From assembly GCF_044647545.1 (NCBI RefSeq), contig NZ_CP172818.1: 64,000 bases of DNA. The stretch is one strand, 5' to 3'. The translations under genes and the position numbers were made by a program. How positions within the stretch are numbered: position 1 is the first letter of the stretch; the number at the start of each line of letters is the position of its first letter. Below, piece by piece: positions 31,938 through 43,193 of this stretch. Below the pieces are notes generated by a model. It was not told the DNA's origin. It ran no database searches and worked only from the letters and a program-made list of their open reading frames with translations. Source of the stretch: Escherichia coli. GTDB taxonomy: Bacteria; Pseudomonadota; Gammaproteobacteria; Enterobacterales; Enterobacteriaceae.

Positions 31938-32744
31938 ATGTTTACAGACACTATTAATAAGTGTGCGGCTAACGCTGCGCGCATTGCACGCCTGTCGGCA
32001 AATAACCCGCTCGGCTTCTGGGTCAGCTCCGCAATGGCGGGGGCGTATGTGGGTCTTGGGATCATCCTGATTTTCACGCTCGGTAATTTGCTCGACCCGT
32101 CCGTACGTCCTCTGGTGATGGGCGCGACCTTTGGTATCGCCTTAACGCTGGTCATTATTGCTGGTTCTGAACTGTTCACCGGACACACCATGTTCCTCAC
32201 CTTTGGAGTGAAAGCGGGCACTATCAGCCACGGGCAAATGTGGGCAATCCTGCCGCAAACCTGGCTGGGTAACCTGGTTGGTTCCGTCTTTGTTGCCATG
32301 CTCTATAGCTGGGGCGGCGGTAGCCTGCTGCCGGTAGATACCAGCATCGTTCACTCCGTCGCGCTGGCTAAAACCACTGCACCGGCAATGGTACTGTTCT
32401 TCAAAGGTGCATTGTGTAACTGGCTGGTTTGCCTGGCTATCTGGATGGCGCTGCGCACTGAAGGGGCGGCGAAATTTATCGCTATCTGGTGGTGTCTGCT
32501 GGCATTTATCGCGTCCGGCTACGAGCACTCCATCGCGAACATGACGCTGTTCGCCCTCTCCTGGTTTGGCAACCACAGCGAAGCCTACACGCTGGCGGGT
32601 ATTGGTCATAACCTGCTGTGGGTGACGCTGGGTAATACTTTATCAGGTGCCGTATTCATGGGATTGGGTTATTGGTATGCTACGCCGAAAGCGAATCGTC
32701 CGGTTGCGGACAAATTTAATCAAACTGAAACAGCTGCCGGTTAA
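31938..32744 (+). CDS. nirC: Nitrite transporter NirC (formate/nitrite transporter family)
   Basis: 268 aa multi-TM ORF MFTDTINKCAANAARIARLSANNPLGFWVSSAMAG... Confidence 0.92.
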   Translation: MFTDTINKCAANAARIARLSANNPLGFWVSSAMAGAYVGLGIILIFTLGNLLDPSVRPLVMGATFGIALTLVIIAGSELFTGHTMFLTFGVKAGTISHGQMWAILPQTWLGNLVGSVFVAMLYSWGGGSLLPVDTSIVHSVALAKTTAPAMVLFFKGALCNWLVCLAIWMALRTEGAAKFIAIWWCLLAFIASGYEHSIANMTLFALSWFGNHSEAYTLAGIGHNLLWVTLGNTLSGAVFMGLGYWYATPKANRPVADKFNQTETAAG

Positions 32745-32762
32745 TTACTAAGGGGTTTTTAC

Positions 32763-34136
32763 GTGGATCATTTGCCTATATTTTGCCAATTACGCGATCG
32801 CGACTGTCTGATTGTCGGCGGTGGTGATGTCGCGGAACGCAAAGCAAGGTTGCTGTTAGACGCAGGCGCTCGCTTAACGGTGAATGCATTAGCGTTTATT
32901 CCACAGTTCACCGCATGGGCAGATGCAGGCATGTTAACCCTCGTCGAAGGGCCATTTGATGAAAGCCTTCTCGACACCTGCTGGCTGGCGATTGCAGCGA
33001 CAGATGATGACGCGCTTAACCAGCGCGTCAGTGAAGCCGCTGAAGCTCGTCGCATCTTCTGTAACGTGGTCGATGCGCCGAAAGCCGCCAGCTTTATTAT
33101 GCCGTCAATTATTGACCGCTCACCGCTCATGGTCGCGGTCTCCTCTGGCGGCACCTCTCCGGTTCTGGCACGCCTGTTGCGTGAAAAACTTGAATCACTG
33201 CTGCCGTTGCATCTGGGCCAGGTAGCGAAATACGCCGGGCAATTACGCGGTCGAGTGAAACAACAGTTCGCCACAATGGGTGAACGTCGCCGTTTCTGGG
33301 AAAAACTGTTCGTTAATGACCGTCTGGCGCAGTCGCTGGCAAACAACGATCAGAAAGCCATTACTGAAACGACCGAACAATTAATCAACGAACCGCTCGA
33401 CCATCGCGGTGAAGTGGTGCTGGTTGGCGCAGGTCCGGGCGATGCCGGGCTGCTGACACTGAAAGGACTGCAACAAATTCAGCAGGCAGATGTGGTGGTC
33501 TACGACCGTCTGGTTTCTGACGATATTATGAATCTGGTACGCCGCGATGCTGATCGCGTTTTCGTCGGCAAACGCGCGGGATACCACTGCGTACCGCAGG
33601 AAGAGATTAACCAGATCCTGCTGCGGGAAGCGCAAAAAGGCAAACGCGTGGTGCGACTGAAAGGCGGCGATCCGTTTATTTTTGGCCGTGGTGGCGAAGA
33701 GCTGGAAACACTGTGCAATGCAGGCATTCCGTTCTCGGTGGTTCCGGGTATTACCGCAGCTTCTGGTTGCTCTGCCTATTCGGGTATTCCGCTCACGCAT
33801 CGCGATTATGCCCAGAGCGTACGCTTAATTACCGGACACTTAAAAACCGGTGGCAAACTGGACTGGGAAAACCTGGCGGCAGAAAAACAGACGCTGGTGT
33901 TCTATATGGGGTTGAATCAGGCCGCGACTATTCAGCAAAAGCTGATTGAACACGGTATGCCTGGCGAAATGCCGGTGGCAATTGTCGAAAACGGAACGGC
34001 AGTCACGCAGCGCGTGATTGACGGTACGCTCACGCAGCTGGGCGAACTGGCGCAGCAAATGAACAGTCCATCGCTAATTATTATTGGTCGGGTTGTTGGC
34101 CTGCGCGATAAATTGAACTGGTTCTCTAACCATTAA
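32763..34136 (+). CDS. cysG: Sirohaem synthase (uroporphyrinogen-III methyltransferase / dehydrogenase / ferrochelatase)
   Basis: 457 aa [35 protein letters not shown]... with C-terminal [15 protein letters not shown] methylase motif. Confidence 0.95.
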   Translation: MDHLPIFCQLRDRDCLIVGGGDVAERKARLLLDAGARLTVNALAFIPQFTAWADAGMLTLVEGPFDESLLDTCWLAIAATDDDALNQRVSEAAEARRIFCNVVDAPKAASFIMPSIIDRSPLMVAVSSGGTSPVLARLLREKLESLLPLHLGQVAKYAGQLRGRVKQQFATMGERRRFWEKLFVNDRLAQSLANNDQKAITETTEQLINEPLDHRGEVVLVGAGPGDAGLLTLKGLQQIQQADVVVYDRLVSDDIMNLVRRDADRVFVGKRAGYHCVPQEEINQILLREAQKGKRVVRLKGGDPFIFGRGGEELETLCNAGIPFSVVPGITAASGCSAYSGIPLTHRDYAQSVRLITGHLKTGGKLDWENLAAEKQTLVFYMGLNQAATIQQKLIEHGMPGEMPVAIVENGTAVTQRVIDGTLTQLGELAQQMNSPSLIIIGRVVGLRDKLNWFSNH

Positions 34137-34144
34137 TTTAACCA

Positions 34145-34168
34145 GGGCCAGAGAATTCTGGCCTTTTT
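34145..34168 (+). terminator. Rho-independent terminator of the nirBDC-cysG operon
   Basis: Hairpin gggccagagaattctggcc followed by ttttt, immediately after the cysG stop. Confidence 0.7.
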
Positions 34169-34386
34169 CGTTTACAACTCTCTTTATATATTCAGCAGAT
34201 AAAAATACCCCCCTTAATAAATATTATCTGCTAATGGGTTATATTCACCGTTACAGCGACTTACAAAATTAAGTCATTCGTTCACTGACGCCAATTAAAT
34301 ATTCCTGTATCATTCTTAATGAGCAGTCTGCTTATATTCATATAATCAATGAATATTAATCAATATATAATACATAGGGAATGTAA

Positions 34387-34554
34387 ATGAACAAATTTAT
34401 TAAAGTTGCACTGGTAGGTGCGGTACTGGCTACGTTAACTGCATGTACTGGTCATATTGAAAACCGTGATAAGAACTGCTCTTACGACTACCTGCTGCAC
34501 CCAGCTATTTCTATTTCTAAAATCATTGGCGGTTGCGGTCCTACTGCACAGTAA
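34387..34554 (+). CDS. yhfL: Small lipoprotein YhfL
   Basis: 55-codon ORF MNKFIKVALVGAVLATLTACTGHIENRDKNCSYDYLLHPAISISKIIGGCGPTAQ with lipobox LTAC; below the ORF-track size cut-off. Confidence 0.7.
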   Translation: MNKFIKVALVGAVLATLTACTGHIENRDKNCSYDYLLHPAISISKIIGGCGPTAQ

Positions 34555-34619
34555 GTCTCTGACAGAAATTGGCTGATGCTGATTTATTGCCTGCGCCCTC
34601 GGGTTTCCGGGGTCCAGAA

Positions 34620-35705
34620 TTAAACGTCGGCAATACTCTCGCGCAAAATCCGCAATACCGTCTCTTCACCGCTGCGATTTGGGTTAATACGAATCGCGTA
34701 ATGTTCGAGTTGCGGATTCGCCTGGCGAAACGTTCCGGAAAGTCGATAAAAAAGTGGCGGAATTTCATATTTCGACTCCGCGCCCACCGGATACGGCAAC
34801 GCGCCGCGTTTCTGCGCCTCCTCCAGCACCCTGGCGGCAATCGGCTGATGAAACTCGACAATCAACACCTTCGACTGTGCATTGGCAATGACGGCGCTTT
34901 TCACTTCCGGAACTGCACCACCGTTGAGCAAGGCCAGCAACCGCTCAGATACCCCCGCCTGCACCGCGTGCATCACTGGCGCAAACACCAGCCCACGCAA
35001 GACTTCCAGCGCCTGAGCGCCCTGAATCTGGCTGCCGCCGGAATAGAGCGTGGCGCGAATACGGTTAATAACATCAGCATCGCCTACCACCGCGCCAACA
35101 CCCTCTGGCCCAAATAGCTTGAAGCAGGAAAATGTCGAGACATTCGCCCCGCATTCACAGCCAATGCTCGCCACCTTCATCACCGCATAGTTGTCATCGG
35201 TTAAGACTGGAACCCCTGCCGCGCACAACGTTGCCAGCACATCTGCCAGTACATAGCTGTCCTGCGGCTGCTGGCGCGTATGCTGCACCAGCGCCGCATC
35301 CGGTTGTTGCTCGTCGACGACCTGCTTAAGTGCCGACAGGTCATTGAAATTAGCAGTAATAAGCGTCAGCCCCATCTGCTCAATAATGACCTGAGTCGTC
35401 GGGTAAACCGGCGCGTCATGCACCAGAAGACGCTGCCCCGGTTTGAGCAAAGCCGCCAACGCCGCACGGATCGCGCCAGTACCCGCGCCCTGTACCAGCG
35501 CCGCAGCCTGTGCGTGAAACGCGTCAGCCAGCACCTGTTCCACACGCTGGGTAATGCGCGGTTGATTCAGTCCCGGCGTTAATCCCAAATCACCGCAGGT
35601 AAGAAATTCGCTACCAGGAAAATGGCGACAAATGCTATCCACCAGCGCAAACTGCTTTTGCTGCGCCTCAATAATCGTCAGGCTTTGCAGAGGAAACGTC
35701 TTCAT
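34620..35705 (-). CDS. yhfS: PLP-dependent enzyme YhfS (uncharacterised)
   Basis: 361 aa ORF; last gene of the yhfZ-yhfS same-strand block. Confidence 0.8.
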   Translation of the reverse strand: MKTFPLQSLTIIEAQQKQFALVDSICRHFPGSEFLTCGDLGLTPGLNQPRITQRVEQVLADAFHAQAAALVQGAGTGAIRAALAALLKPGQRLLVHDAPVYPTTQVIIEQMGLTLITANFNDLSALKQVVDEQQPDAALVQHTRQQPQDSYVLADVLATLCAAGVPVLTDDNYAVMKVASIGCECGANVSTFSCFKLFGPEGVGAVVGDADVINRIRATLYSGGSQIQGAQALEVLRGLVFAPVMHAVQAGVSERLLALLNGGAVPEVKSAVIANAQSKVLIVEFHQPIAARVLEEAQKRGALPYPVGAESKYEIPPLFYRLSGTFRQANPQLEHYAIRINPNRSGEETVLRILRESIADV

Positions 35706-35716
35706 AGGTGCCTTCC

Positions 35717-37021
35717 TTAAGCCGGAACGAACAGGCCAAGCCAGTAAAGAACATTCAGCAGAATACCGGTGATCATTACTGCCACGACCGGTGCCGCCAT
35801 TTTCTGTACCGGACGGCCCAGGGATTCGTTGAGGAAGTAAATGGCAACTGCGATAGAGAATCCGGTATAACCCGCCATTTTAATTGCTGCGAAAATCGAA
35901 CCGACCAGCAACGCCACTTCCATCAGCATATTCATGGCGTTACGGATGTTATCCGACGCATTACGCACCGACGGGTAGCGCCCCAGCCATTTGCCGATCG
36001 AACGAAGCAGCAAGACTTCCGCCGAAATAACCACTGCGCCTAATACCGCTGCAACCATCGGATTCGGCGAGAGATAGCCCACCGCATAAACAAAGGTAAA
36101 GCCCGCAACTGCATATACGCCGGTGGCTAACGCGGTGGTGGCAATCAACGGCACAAAACCCAGTCCGCGCATAAATTCCGCCAGAGCTGCCTGGTTGATT
36201 AGTGTTTGCGATTGTTCCGGCGTTACGCCTGCGGAGTACGCTTTCTCCAGAGTGAAGATCGACACTTCACTACCGGCGAAAATCTTCATGCTGGCAACGG
36301 CGGCAATCAATGCTCCCACGATGGCGATATACGGTAAGTTTTTGATAATCCGTGACGTGCGTTCTTCAAACACCGAAAGCCCGCTGGCATCAATGTCATT
36401 TTCATCACGATGACGCAGGTCGTGAGTTATCGCGATCCCCAGCAGCATCACCATACCAATAAAGATTTCGATGGATTCAGGGTTAAGATGTGGGAAATAG
36501 TGCACGACGACCACACGGGTCATCAGTACCACCACGGCGGCGATCAGACTTTGCTTCCAGCCAAACTGGTAGAAAATCGCCACCAGCGGGAAGAGTGCAA
36601 AAGCTGAAACCACCGGCGAGCTTAATTCCCCGAGGCTACCTAATACATCCACCGGTAGCGCGGTCAGCAGCTGGTTTACTGGCAACAGACAGGTGAGGAT
36701 CAACACGCCCCAGATAGCGCCAAGACCAAACGCCATCAGGCTGTTTATCGCCAGTACGCCGAGGATATCGGTAGGAAGAAAGAGTAACCATGCGTTGAGC
36801 AGCCCGGTTTTCAGGGTAAAAGAGATCCCCACCGAGGCCACAAAACCAATGCTCAGACCAAAAGCGATACTCCCCGCCTCGCGACGGTTCATATAGCCTT
36901 CAATCAGTTGTGGCAGGATCGGGCGGATACCGTCATGAAAAACGGCCGCCGAGCGATGCGCCAGAAGCGATGTCATACCCGTCAGGCACGCCACCACGAT
37001 AATCTGAATATACAGATCCAT
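35717..37021 (-). CDS. yhfT: Multi-pass membrane protein YhfT (putative transporter)
   Basis: 434 aa ORF, strongly hydrophobic throughout. Confidence 0.8.
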   Translation of the reverse strand: MDLYIQIIVVACLTGMTSLLAHRSAAVFHDGIRPILPQLIEGYMNRREAGSIAFGLSIGFVASVGISFTLKTGLLNAWLLFLPTDILGVLAINSLMAFGLGAIWGVLILTCLLPVNQLLTALPVDVLGSLGELSSPVVSAFALFPLVAIFYQFGWKQSLIAAVVVLMTRVVVVHYFPHLNPESIEIFIGMVMLLGIAITHDLRHRDENDIDASGLSVFEERTSRIIKNLPYIAIVGALIAAVASMKIFAGSEVSIFTLEKAYSAGVTPEQSQTLINQAALAEFMRGLGFVPLIATTALATGVYAVAGFTFVYAVGYLSPNPMVAAVLGAVVISAEVLLLRSIGKWLGRYPSVRNASDNIRNAMNMLMEVALLVGSIFAAIKMAGYTGFSIAVAIYFLNESLGRPVQKMAAPVVAVMITGILLNVLYWLGLFVPA

Positions 37022-37032
37022 AGTCGTGCCTT

Positions 37033-37386
37033 TTATTTCAGATGGTTAATCAGCATCGGAATCGCGTGTTCAACGTGCTCAACGGAAAGGCCAAACGCCA
37101 CTTTTCCTTCAGCGATCATTTTGGCGATATGTTCGTCTTTCGCTTTAATGCCCGGTTTGGCAATGGTGCAACTTTTGTTATAGCCAATCACCGCGATGGC
37201 AATCGACAATGCCGCGCCCGCACCGGTATTACACGCACCGATGTAGTAATCCAGTTGCCCGGATTTCACTTTCATTGCCGCTTCCATGTCGTTGTGAATG
37301 AAAACTTCGAAACAGCCAGGAGCCGTCGCTTCAATGGTTTTTTTAATCTGCTCACGCTGTAAGCCTGCAACACCAATCTTTTTCAT
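37033..37386 (-). CDS. yhfU: Small uncharacterised protein YhfU
   Basis: ORF ...MKKIGVAGLQREQIKKTIEATAPGCFEVFIHNDMEAAMK...; start placed at the internal Met (117 aa). Confidence 0.75.
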   Translation of the reverse strand: MKKIGVAGLQREQIKKTIEATAPGCFEVFIHNDMEAAMKVKSGQLDYYIGACNTGAGAALSIAIAVIGYNKSCTIAKPGIKAKDEHIAKMIAEGKVAFGLSVEHVEHAIPMLINHLK

Positions 37387-37396
37387 GAGTCTGTCC

Positions 37397-38275
37397 TTAT
37401 TGGAAAAATTGAGAGGGATTTTCACGTAACATCACATCCACATCGGCCTGACTGAATCCTGACTGGCGCAATTGCGGAATAAAGGTGGTCAATAAAAAGT
37501 CATAGCCATAACCACCGTTGGCTTTTAAATGAGAGCGCCGCGTAATATCCATCGACAGCATGACGCGGTTCAGCAACCCACGGTCACGTAGCGCATGGAG
37601 CATCGCAATCCGCTTTTCGTCCGGGTAGTAACTGTTCTTGCCGATGGTGTCGAACTGCACATACGCGCCGAGATCGATCATCTTCAAAATGTTGTCGAGA
37701 TTGTCTTTCAGATCGCAGTGGCCGACGGTGACGCGCGAAAGATCAACTCCGTGGGCTTGCAACAGAGCCAGTTGCTCCAGCCCCATGGTGCTAAAAGAGG
37801 TATGCGTGGAGATCGGACGTCCGGTCTGGTTATGTGCCAGCGCGGCGGCAATAAACACCTTCTCTTCCAGCGGCGTAATCTTCCCTTCGCTGGAGCCGAT
37901 CTCCGCGATGATCCCGGCTTTCAGCTCCGTGCCATCGATACCCTGCTCAATTTCATCGACCATCTCCTGCGCCAGTTCCTGCACGCTGCGGGTCGCCACA
38001 TGTTCCGGGAAAAACGCGTCCTGGTAATAACCGGTACAGGCCACCACGTTGATCCCGGTTTCGCGCATTACATCGAGCATAAATTGTGCATTGCGCCCCA
38101 TGTAACGGTTGGTCATCTCAATCACATTACGCACACCCAGTGCCATCAGGTCGTTCATCTCCTGGCAAATGAACGCATACTGATCAAGGCGGCAGTCCAC
38201 GTTGTTTTTAAAGCCGGAGAGATCAATATGCAGATGCTCATGGGCCAGGGTGTAGCCCGTTGAATCAAAACTCAT
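37397..38275 (-). CDS. php: Phosphotriesterase-homology protein (amidohydrolase superfamily, binuclear metal centre)
   Basis: 292 aa [25 protein letters not shown]... with HxH motif. Confidence 0.85.
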   Translation of the reverse strand: MSFDSTGYTLAHEHLHIDLSGFKNNVDCRLDQYAFICQEMNDLMALGVRNVIEMTNRYMGRNAQFMLDVMRETGINVVACTGYYQDAFFPEHVATRSVQELAQEMVDEIEQGIDGTELKAGIIAEIGSSEGKITPLEEKVFIAAALAHNQTGRPISTHTSFSTMGLEQLALLQAHGVDLSRVTVGHCDLKDNLDNILKMIDLGAYVQFDTIGKNSYYPDEKRIAMLHALRDRGLLNRVMLSMDITRRSHLKANGGYGYDFLLTTFIPQLRQSGFSQADVDVMLRENPSQFFQ

Positions 38276-39498
38276 AGGGTGTCTCCTGCAAACCGGAGGG
38301 AGGAAAGAAAAGAGCGACCATTTTGTGGCGGTGGCGCACGGAAAAATTCACACACGGTAGCGCCCACATCGGAGAGCGTGGTGCGAACACCAAGCTGCGT
38401 GGCAGCCAGGCCTTGCTGATAAACCAGCACCGGCACGACTTCGCGGGTATGGTGGCTGTGACCGATTGTCGGATCGTTACCGTGATCCGCCATCACGACC
38501 AGGCAATCATCTGGCTGCATCGTCTCAACCAGGAGAGCAAGATTACGGTCAACGACCTGCAAACGTTCGGCATAACGTGCGACGTCTTCTGCGTGACCAG
38601 CGAGGTCGGTTTCCTGAATGTTGGTGCAAATAAACGCTGTCTGATGGGTGATAAATTCGTCGAGGGTGATATCCATAATCCGCTGGCTATCCACCAGGTT
38701 TTGCCAGCTCACGCCATAAGGATTGTTGACGATATCTGCCACCTTACCCACCAGCACGGTTGGCACGCCTGCTTCATACAGTTTTTGTGGCACCTGCACT
38801 TTTTCATCGACGCCATAGCCCATATGCACGACCTGGAAACCGTTGTCATAAGCGCCAGAACGCGGCGCGTTGATGCCAATAAAGCGCCCTTCTTTGCTTT
38901 CTGCGGCATCGAGAATGCGTTGACTGTCGGTTAACAGGCCGCCAAATGTAATGACCCGCCCGACCGGTACCTGCTCACGCACGATACGACCAATTTTGAT
39001 TGCGTCGTCAAAAGAGACCACAGAGAGATTGGCGGTGATGTTATAGACCTGGCCTAAATCCGCCTCGAGATTATCGCCAATCGCAACCGCCTGATTGACC
39101 CACAGAAATTGCAACTCTTCGCCACGGCGCTCCACCTGCCAAGCGGCGGAAACTAATGCCTGCTCAACACGGTCAATCACATCGCGAAAAGGCATCCGCA
39201 GCGGCGGTAACGGGCGCGTGCCTAAAATTTCCTGATGCCCCATAAAGGTATCGCCACCTTCATGTTGCAGCTCTGCCACACCCCAGGTTGCGGAGTCTGA
39301 CGGCTGCATATCACCTGGCGCATAACCCAATGCGTTGATTAGCCCCAACTTCTCCAGCGTTGGTAGCTGCAAATGCGGCAGCTGGCTCAGGATGTGACCA
39401 CAAGTATTCGCCCCGGCATCCTGTGGACGCACCAGCGTGACATCTTTCATTGCGCCTACGCCAAAGCTATCAATCACTAACACCACAAATCGCGCCAT
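38272..39498 (-). CDS. yhfW: Phosphopentomutase-like metalloenzyme YhfW
   Basis: 408 aa ORF with [16 protein letters not shown] metal-binding motif typical of DeoB-like mutases; 4-nt overlap with php. Confidence 0.8.
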   Translation of the reverse strand: MARFVVLVIDSFGVGAMKDVTLVRPQDAGANTCGHILSQLPHLQLPTLEKLGLINALGYAPGDMQPSDSATWGVAELQHEGGDTFMGHQEILGTRPLPPLRMPFRDVIDRVEQALVSAAWQVERRGEELQFLWVNQAVAIGDNLEADLGQVYNITANLSVVSFDDAIKIGRIVREQVPVGRVITFGGLLTDSQRILDAAESKEGRFIGINAPRSGAYDNGFQVVHMGYGVDEKVQVPQKLYEAGVPTVLVGKVADIVNNPYGVSWQNLVDSQRIMDITLDEFITHQTAFICTNIQETDLAGHAEDVARYAERLQVVDRNLALLVETMQPDDCLVVMADHGNDPTIGHSHHTREVVPVLVYQQGLAATQLGVRTTLSDVGATVCEFFRAPPPQNGRSFLSSLRFAGDTL

Positions 39499-40661
39499 TA
39501 CGCCCCCAGAGAGTTTCCAAGACTGTCATAACGACCGACGATTTCCGGTTCGCCACGGTGAATACCGGACAGCAACACCACATCGCTACGGGTGACAAAA
39601 ATCTGCGTGCGAAAACAGAGCACTACTGCACTGCTTACCGGAAACTCGCCTGCCAGCGGCAGGGTGTAGTCGATACTGCTGTCATCCACAGTTTTGAGAT
39701 TGGTTTCAGTAATCTTTTGATTTTCTGGCGTAAACACCAGCGCATGTTGCGCGTGACCACGACGGTAGTAACCGCCGCCGTAGCAGTAGCTGTCGCCACG
39801 GAAATGATGGGAGATTTCACTTAACCAGAGCATCGCGATACGTTCAGGCTGATCGCCCTGCTGGTTTGCCGGAATAGTGCCCGTCAGCGCATGACCGGGT
39901 TCGGCATGAGTCACACCGTATTCCGCCAGCAATGGCAGCGAAGTGCAGCTGGTCGCTGAAGGCGCGTTCAGTTGCTCAATCGCAATACCAGATTTCGCCA
40001 GTTGATCCCGTGCTTGTACCAGCGTGTGAAGATTCGGTGTCGGCAAAACTTTCCCGACAGCTTCATCCCAAAGCAGGCAAGGGAAATGGGTAAGTCCAGC
40101 TAAATGCAGCCCCGGCAGTTTCTTAATTTCAGCAACCACCTCGTGCAGCGAATGCTGTACAAAACCGCTCTCCTGCCCCGGATAAAGAAAATCATCGTCG
40201 CTATAAACTTTGAGCAGCACAGACTGCACACGTCCGGCCTTCACCGCTGCCGCAGAAACTTCCCGCGCTTTGTCGAGAGTAAACACGGTGATGACGTCGG
40301 TTCCCTGTGCAACGGCGTCAACCACCTGATGACAAGGGATTTGTACCAAATGCCCCTGATGCGCCACCGGCAAACCAGCGCGGCGCATGACTCGCGCCTC
40401 TTTGTAATCCACCGCCACAATGCCGCTGTAGCCTAATGCCAGCAGTTTTTCCGCCAGCCACGGATTACGACCAAACTGCTTGGTCATCAGATACAGTTCA
40501 ATGCCGTAAAGCCGCGCCGTCTCAATCAGCCGCTTACCGTTTTCCAGTATCTGATCCACGTCGATCACCCAGCTGTCCGGGGCGATCTTGCCCTTTTGCC
40601 ACAAACTTAGTGCGGCGGAAATTAGCGCCGGGTTCTGGCGTTTCAATGCTTCTACAAACAT
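39498..40661 (-). CDS. yhfX: Alanine-racemase-fold PLP-dependent protein YhfX
   Basis: 387 aa ORF; 1-nt overlap with yhfW. Confidence 0.8.
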   Translation of the reverse strand: MFVEALKRQNPALISAALSLWQKGKIAPDSWVIDVDQILENGKRLIETARLYGIELYLMTKQFGRNPWLAEKLLALGYSGIVAVDYKEARVMRRAGLPVAHQGHLVQIPCHQVVDAVAQGTDVITVFTLDKAREVSAAAVKAGRVQSVLLKVYSDDDFLYPGQESGFVQHSLHEVVAEIKKLPGLHLAGLTHFPCLLWDEAVGKVLPTPNLHTLVQARDQLAKSGIAIEQLNAPSATSCTSLPLLAEYGVTHAEPGHALTGTIPANQQGDQPERIAMLWLSEISHHFRGDSYCYGGGYYRRGHAQHALVFTPENQKITETNLKTVDDSSIDYTLPLAGEFPVSSAVVLCFRTQIFVTRSDVVLLSGIHRGEPEIVGRYDSLGNSLGA

Positions 40662-40744
40662 CTTGTTGCCTCGTTTCTGTTCCTTGAATTAAATATTCAT
40701 TTTTTTGAATATTTAGGTTGTGCGACGTGGATTTGTCGGGAGCT

Positions 40745-41107
40745 TCAAACCTCTTCGTTAGCAGCCATCCATAATCCATAAAGGTTGGCCAGCAAATAGC
40801 CTTCTTCACACGGGTTAACTTCCAGTGCAAATTCCTTCAACAACACCTGATGCAATTGCACAACGGCTTGCCAGTGGCTGGATTGCGCCAGTTCTGCCAG
40901 CAATTCGTTATCCAGCGGCTCTATTTCTTCACCGCGGCGACTGCGCATCAGTGCGCTCGCCATATGTGTCATCGCCATCGTTCCTTGCTCACTGCGCACT
41001 GGCAGATGGAACTCTGTTTCCAGTACGTTGACGACCTGCATCATGCCTTTGCAGATGTCCTTATCAATAACGCCTGCCTCGCAAAGCAGGTTGAGTCTGG
41101 TTTCCAT
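40745..41107 (-). CDS. yhfY: Small PRD-like protein YhfY
   Basis: 120 aa ORF METRLNLLCEAGVIDKDICKGMMQVVNVLETEFHL... Confidence 0.75.
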   Translation of the reverse strand: METRLNLLCEAGVIDKDICKGMMQVVNVLETEFHLPVRSEQGTMAMTHMASALMRSRRGEEIEPLDNELLAELAQSSHWQAVVQLHQVLLKEFALEVNPCEEGYLLANLYGLWMAANEEV

Positions 41108-41123
41108 TTCAGATGCCTTTCAT

Positions 41124-42029
41124 TTAATAACTGGGTTCCTGTTCCCCACTCACCACTCGTTGTTGATGGGCAAGCAGGGCCTGTTTATCAACCACTGCAC
41201 GCAGCAGTTGTTGCATTGGGTAATCATCGACTCGCGTCAGGACCACGGCTTCGGTGGCCTGTAAAAATCGCGGATCGTCTGTGAGCGGCGTCGCTTCTAA
41301 TCCCAGCATGGTCAGTTCGTTTTCCGCCACCACGTTCCAGATCACCGCATCGACATCGCCTTTAACAATGCGTTGTAAACTCTCGTGATAAGAGAGATCG
41401 ACACGTTCCACATCACTATCGCCAAAAAAGACATCGGTCATGATTTTCTGATCCGCCGAACGGTTATCCAGCCCCACGCGCTTCACGTTTGCGGACTCGC
41501 CTTTACGGCAAATCAACTGGTGCTCGCCAACGTAGGTGTGCGGCCCCAACTCCAGCGCGAGGCATAAGCCTTTTTGCGTGAGATAACTTTCCGCCGCCAG
41601 TCGGGAAACAACCGCCATGTCATACACGCCGTTAAGTAAACACTCCACGCGAATATCCGCGCCGCGCATATGCGCATAGTAAAAAGGAATACCATCAAAC
41701 TGAGCTTTCAATCCGCTCGCCAGGCCTTCGTACAAACGGGTATAGGGCAAGGGCATCGCGCACACCACATTGTTGATATCTACATGAGTCAGCAATGCTT
41801 TGTTATCCATCTCGACCAGATAACTGCCATTGCGCCCACGGCGTTCAATCCGTATCGCTCCGCTTGATTCCAGCGTTTTCAACGCGGCCTGCGTCAGGCC
41901 AACCGATGAACGGCATTCAGTTGCCAGCTCATCTATGGTTTTCAGTCGATTACCGCACTTTTCACCCAACAAATAACGGGCCAGTGTCGTGATAACGACG
42001 CCTTCTTTTTTGATAAACGTTCGACGCAT
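41124..42029 (-). CDS. yhfZ: Putative transcriptional regulator YhfZ (N-terminal wHTH plus ligand-binding-like domain)
   Basis: 301 aa ORF MRRTFIKKEGVVITTLARYLLGEKCGNRLKTIDELATECRSSVGLTQAALKTLESSGAIRIERRGRNGSYL... Confidence 0.75.
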   Translation of the reverse strand: MRRTFIKKEGVVITTLARYLLGEKCGNRLKTIDELATECRSSVGLTQAALKTLESSGAIRIERRGRNGSYLVEMDNKALLTHVDINNVVCAMPLPYTRLYEGLASGLKAQFDGIPFYYAHMRGADIRVECLLNGVYDMAVVSRLAAESYLTQKGLCLALELGPHTYVGEHQLICRKGESANVKRVGLDNRSADQKIMTDVFFGDSDVERVDLSYHESLQRIVKGDVDAVIWNVVAENELTMLGLEATPLTDDPRFLQATEAVVLTRVDDYPMQQLLRAVVDKQALLAHQQRVVSGEQEPSY

Positions 42030-42147
42030 AATATATTTTCAATAAAATGAATGTTTATATCTTCATTAAAATGAAGATAAGTGGCAACTGTGAGATGTGG
42101 AAACGGCGAGGTGCTTCACATTTTTTCGGATTATTGCAAATGAGGAT

Positions 42148-42173
42148 AAAAAAACCGGGTTTCCCCGGTTTTT
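42148..42173 (-). terminator. Rho-independent terminator of trpS
   Basis: aaaaaaccgggtttccccggttttt hairpin with flanking A and T runs, between the trpS stop and the yhfZ start. Confidence 0.7.
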
Positions 42174-42188
42174 GGCATTAATGTTAAA

Positions 42189-43193
42189 TTACGGCTTCGC
42201 CACAAAACCAATCGCTTCGTACACCGCTTTCAGCGTACGAGAAGCGTGTGCACTGGCTTTTTCCGCGCCGTCTTTCATCACCTGTTGCAGGAAGGCTTCA
42301 TCGTTGCGGAAACGGTGATAACGTTCCTGCAATTCAGTCAGCATACCGGAAACGGCATCAGCCACTTCGCCTTTGAGATGACCATACATCTTGCCTTCGA
42401 ACTGTTTTTCCAGTTCCGGGATGCTCTGGCCCGTTACCGCAGAAAGGATATCCAGCAGGTTGGAAACGCCCGCTTTGTTCTGCACATCGTAGCGAACTAC
42501 CGGCGGCTCGTCGGAGTCAGTGACCGCACGTTTGATTTTCTTCACTACCGATTTCGGATCTTCCAGCAGGCCGATAACGTTATTGCGGTTATCGTCAGAC
42601 TTGGACATCTTTTTGGTCGGCTCCAGCAGCGACATTACGCGCGCGCCGGATTTCGGAATAAACGGCTCCGGCACTTTAAAGATCTCGCCATACAGCGCGT
42701 TGAAACGCTGGGCGATATCGCGGCTCAGTTCCAGGTGCTGTTTCTGGTCTTCACCCACCGGTACCAGATTAGTTTGATACAGCAGGATGTCCGCAGCCAT
42801 CAGCACCGGATAGTCAAACAGACCAGCATTGATGTTCTCGGCATAACGCGCAGATTTATCTTTAAACTGCGTCATGCGGCTCAGTTCGCCGAAGTAGGTA
42901 TAGCAGTTCAGTGCCCAGCCTAACTGTGCATGTTCCGGCACGTGGGACTGAACAAAAATGGTGCTTTTCTCAGGATCGATACCACAAGCCAGATACAAGG
43001 CCAGCGTATCCAGCGTCGCTTTACGCAGCTTCTGTGCATCCTGGCGCACGGTGATCGCGTGTTGGTCAACGATACAGTAAATGCAATGGTAGTCATCCTG
43101 CATGTTTACCCACTGACGCAGCGCACCCATGTAGTTACCAATGGTCAATTCACCTGAGGGCTGTGCGCCACTAAAAACGATGGGCTTAGTCAT
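42189..43193 (-). CDS. trpS: Tryptophan--tRNA ligase
   Basis: 334 aa [32 protein letters not shown]... with KMSKS motif. Confidence 0.95.
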   Translation of the reverse strand: MTKPIVFSGAQPSGELTIGNYMGALRQWVNMQDDYHCIYCIVDQHAITVRQDAQKLRKATLDTLALYLACGIDPEKSTIFVQSHVPEHAQLGWALNCYTYFGELSRMTQFKDKSARYAENINAGLFDYPVLMAADILLYQTNLVPVGEDQKQHLELSRDIAQRFNALYGEIFKVPEPFIPKSGARVMSLLEPTKKMSKSDDNRNNVIGLLEDPKSVVKKIKRAVTDSDEPPVVRYDVQNKAGVSNLLDILSAVTGQSIPELEKQFEGKMYGHLKGEVADAVSGMLTELQERYHRFRNDEAFLQQVMKDGAEKASAHASRTLKAVYEAIGFVAKP

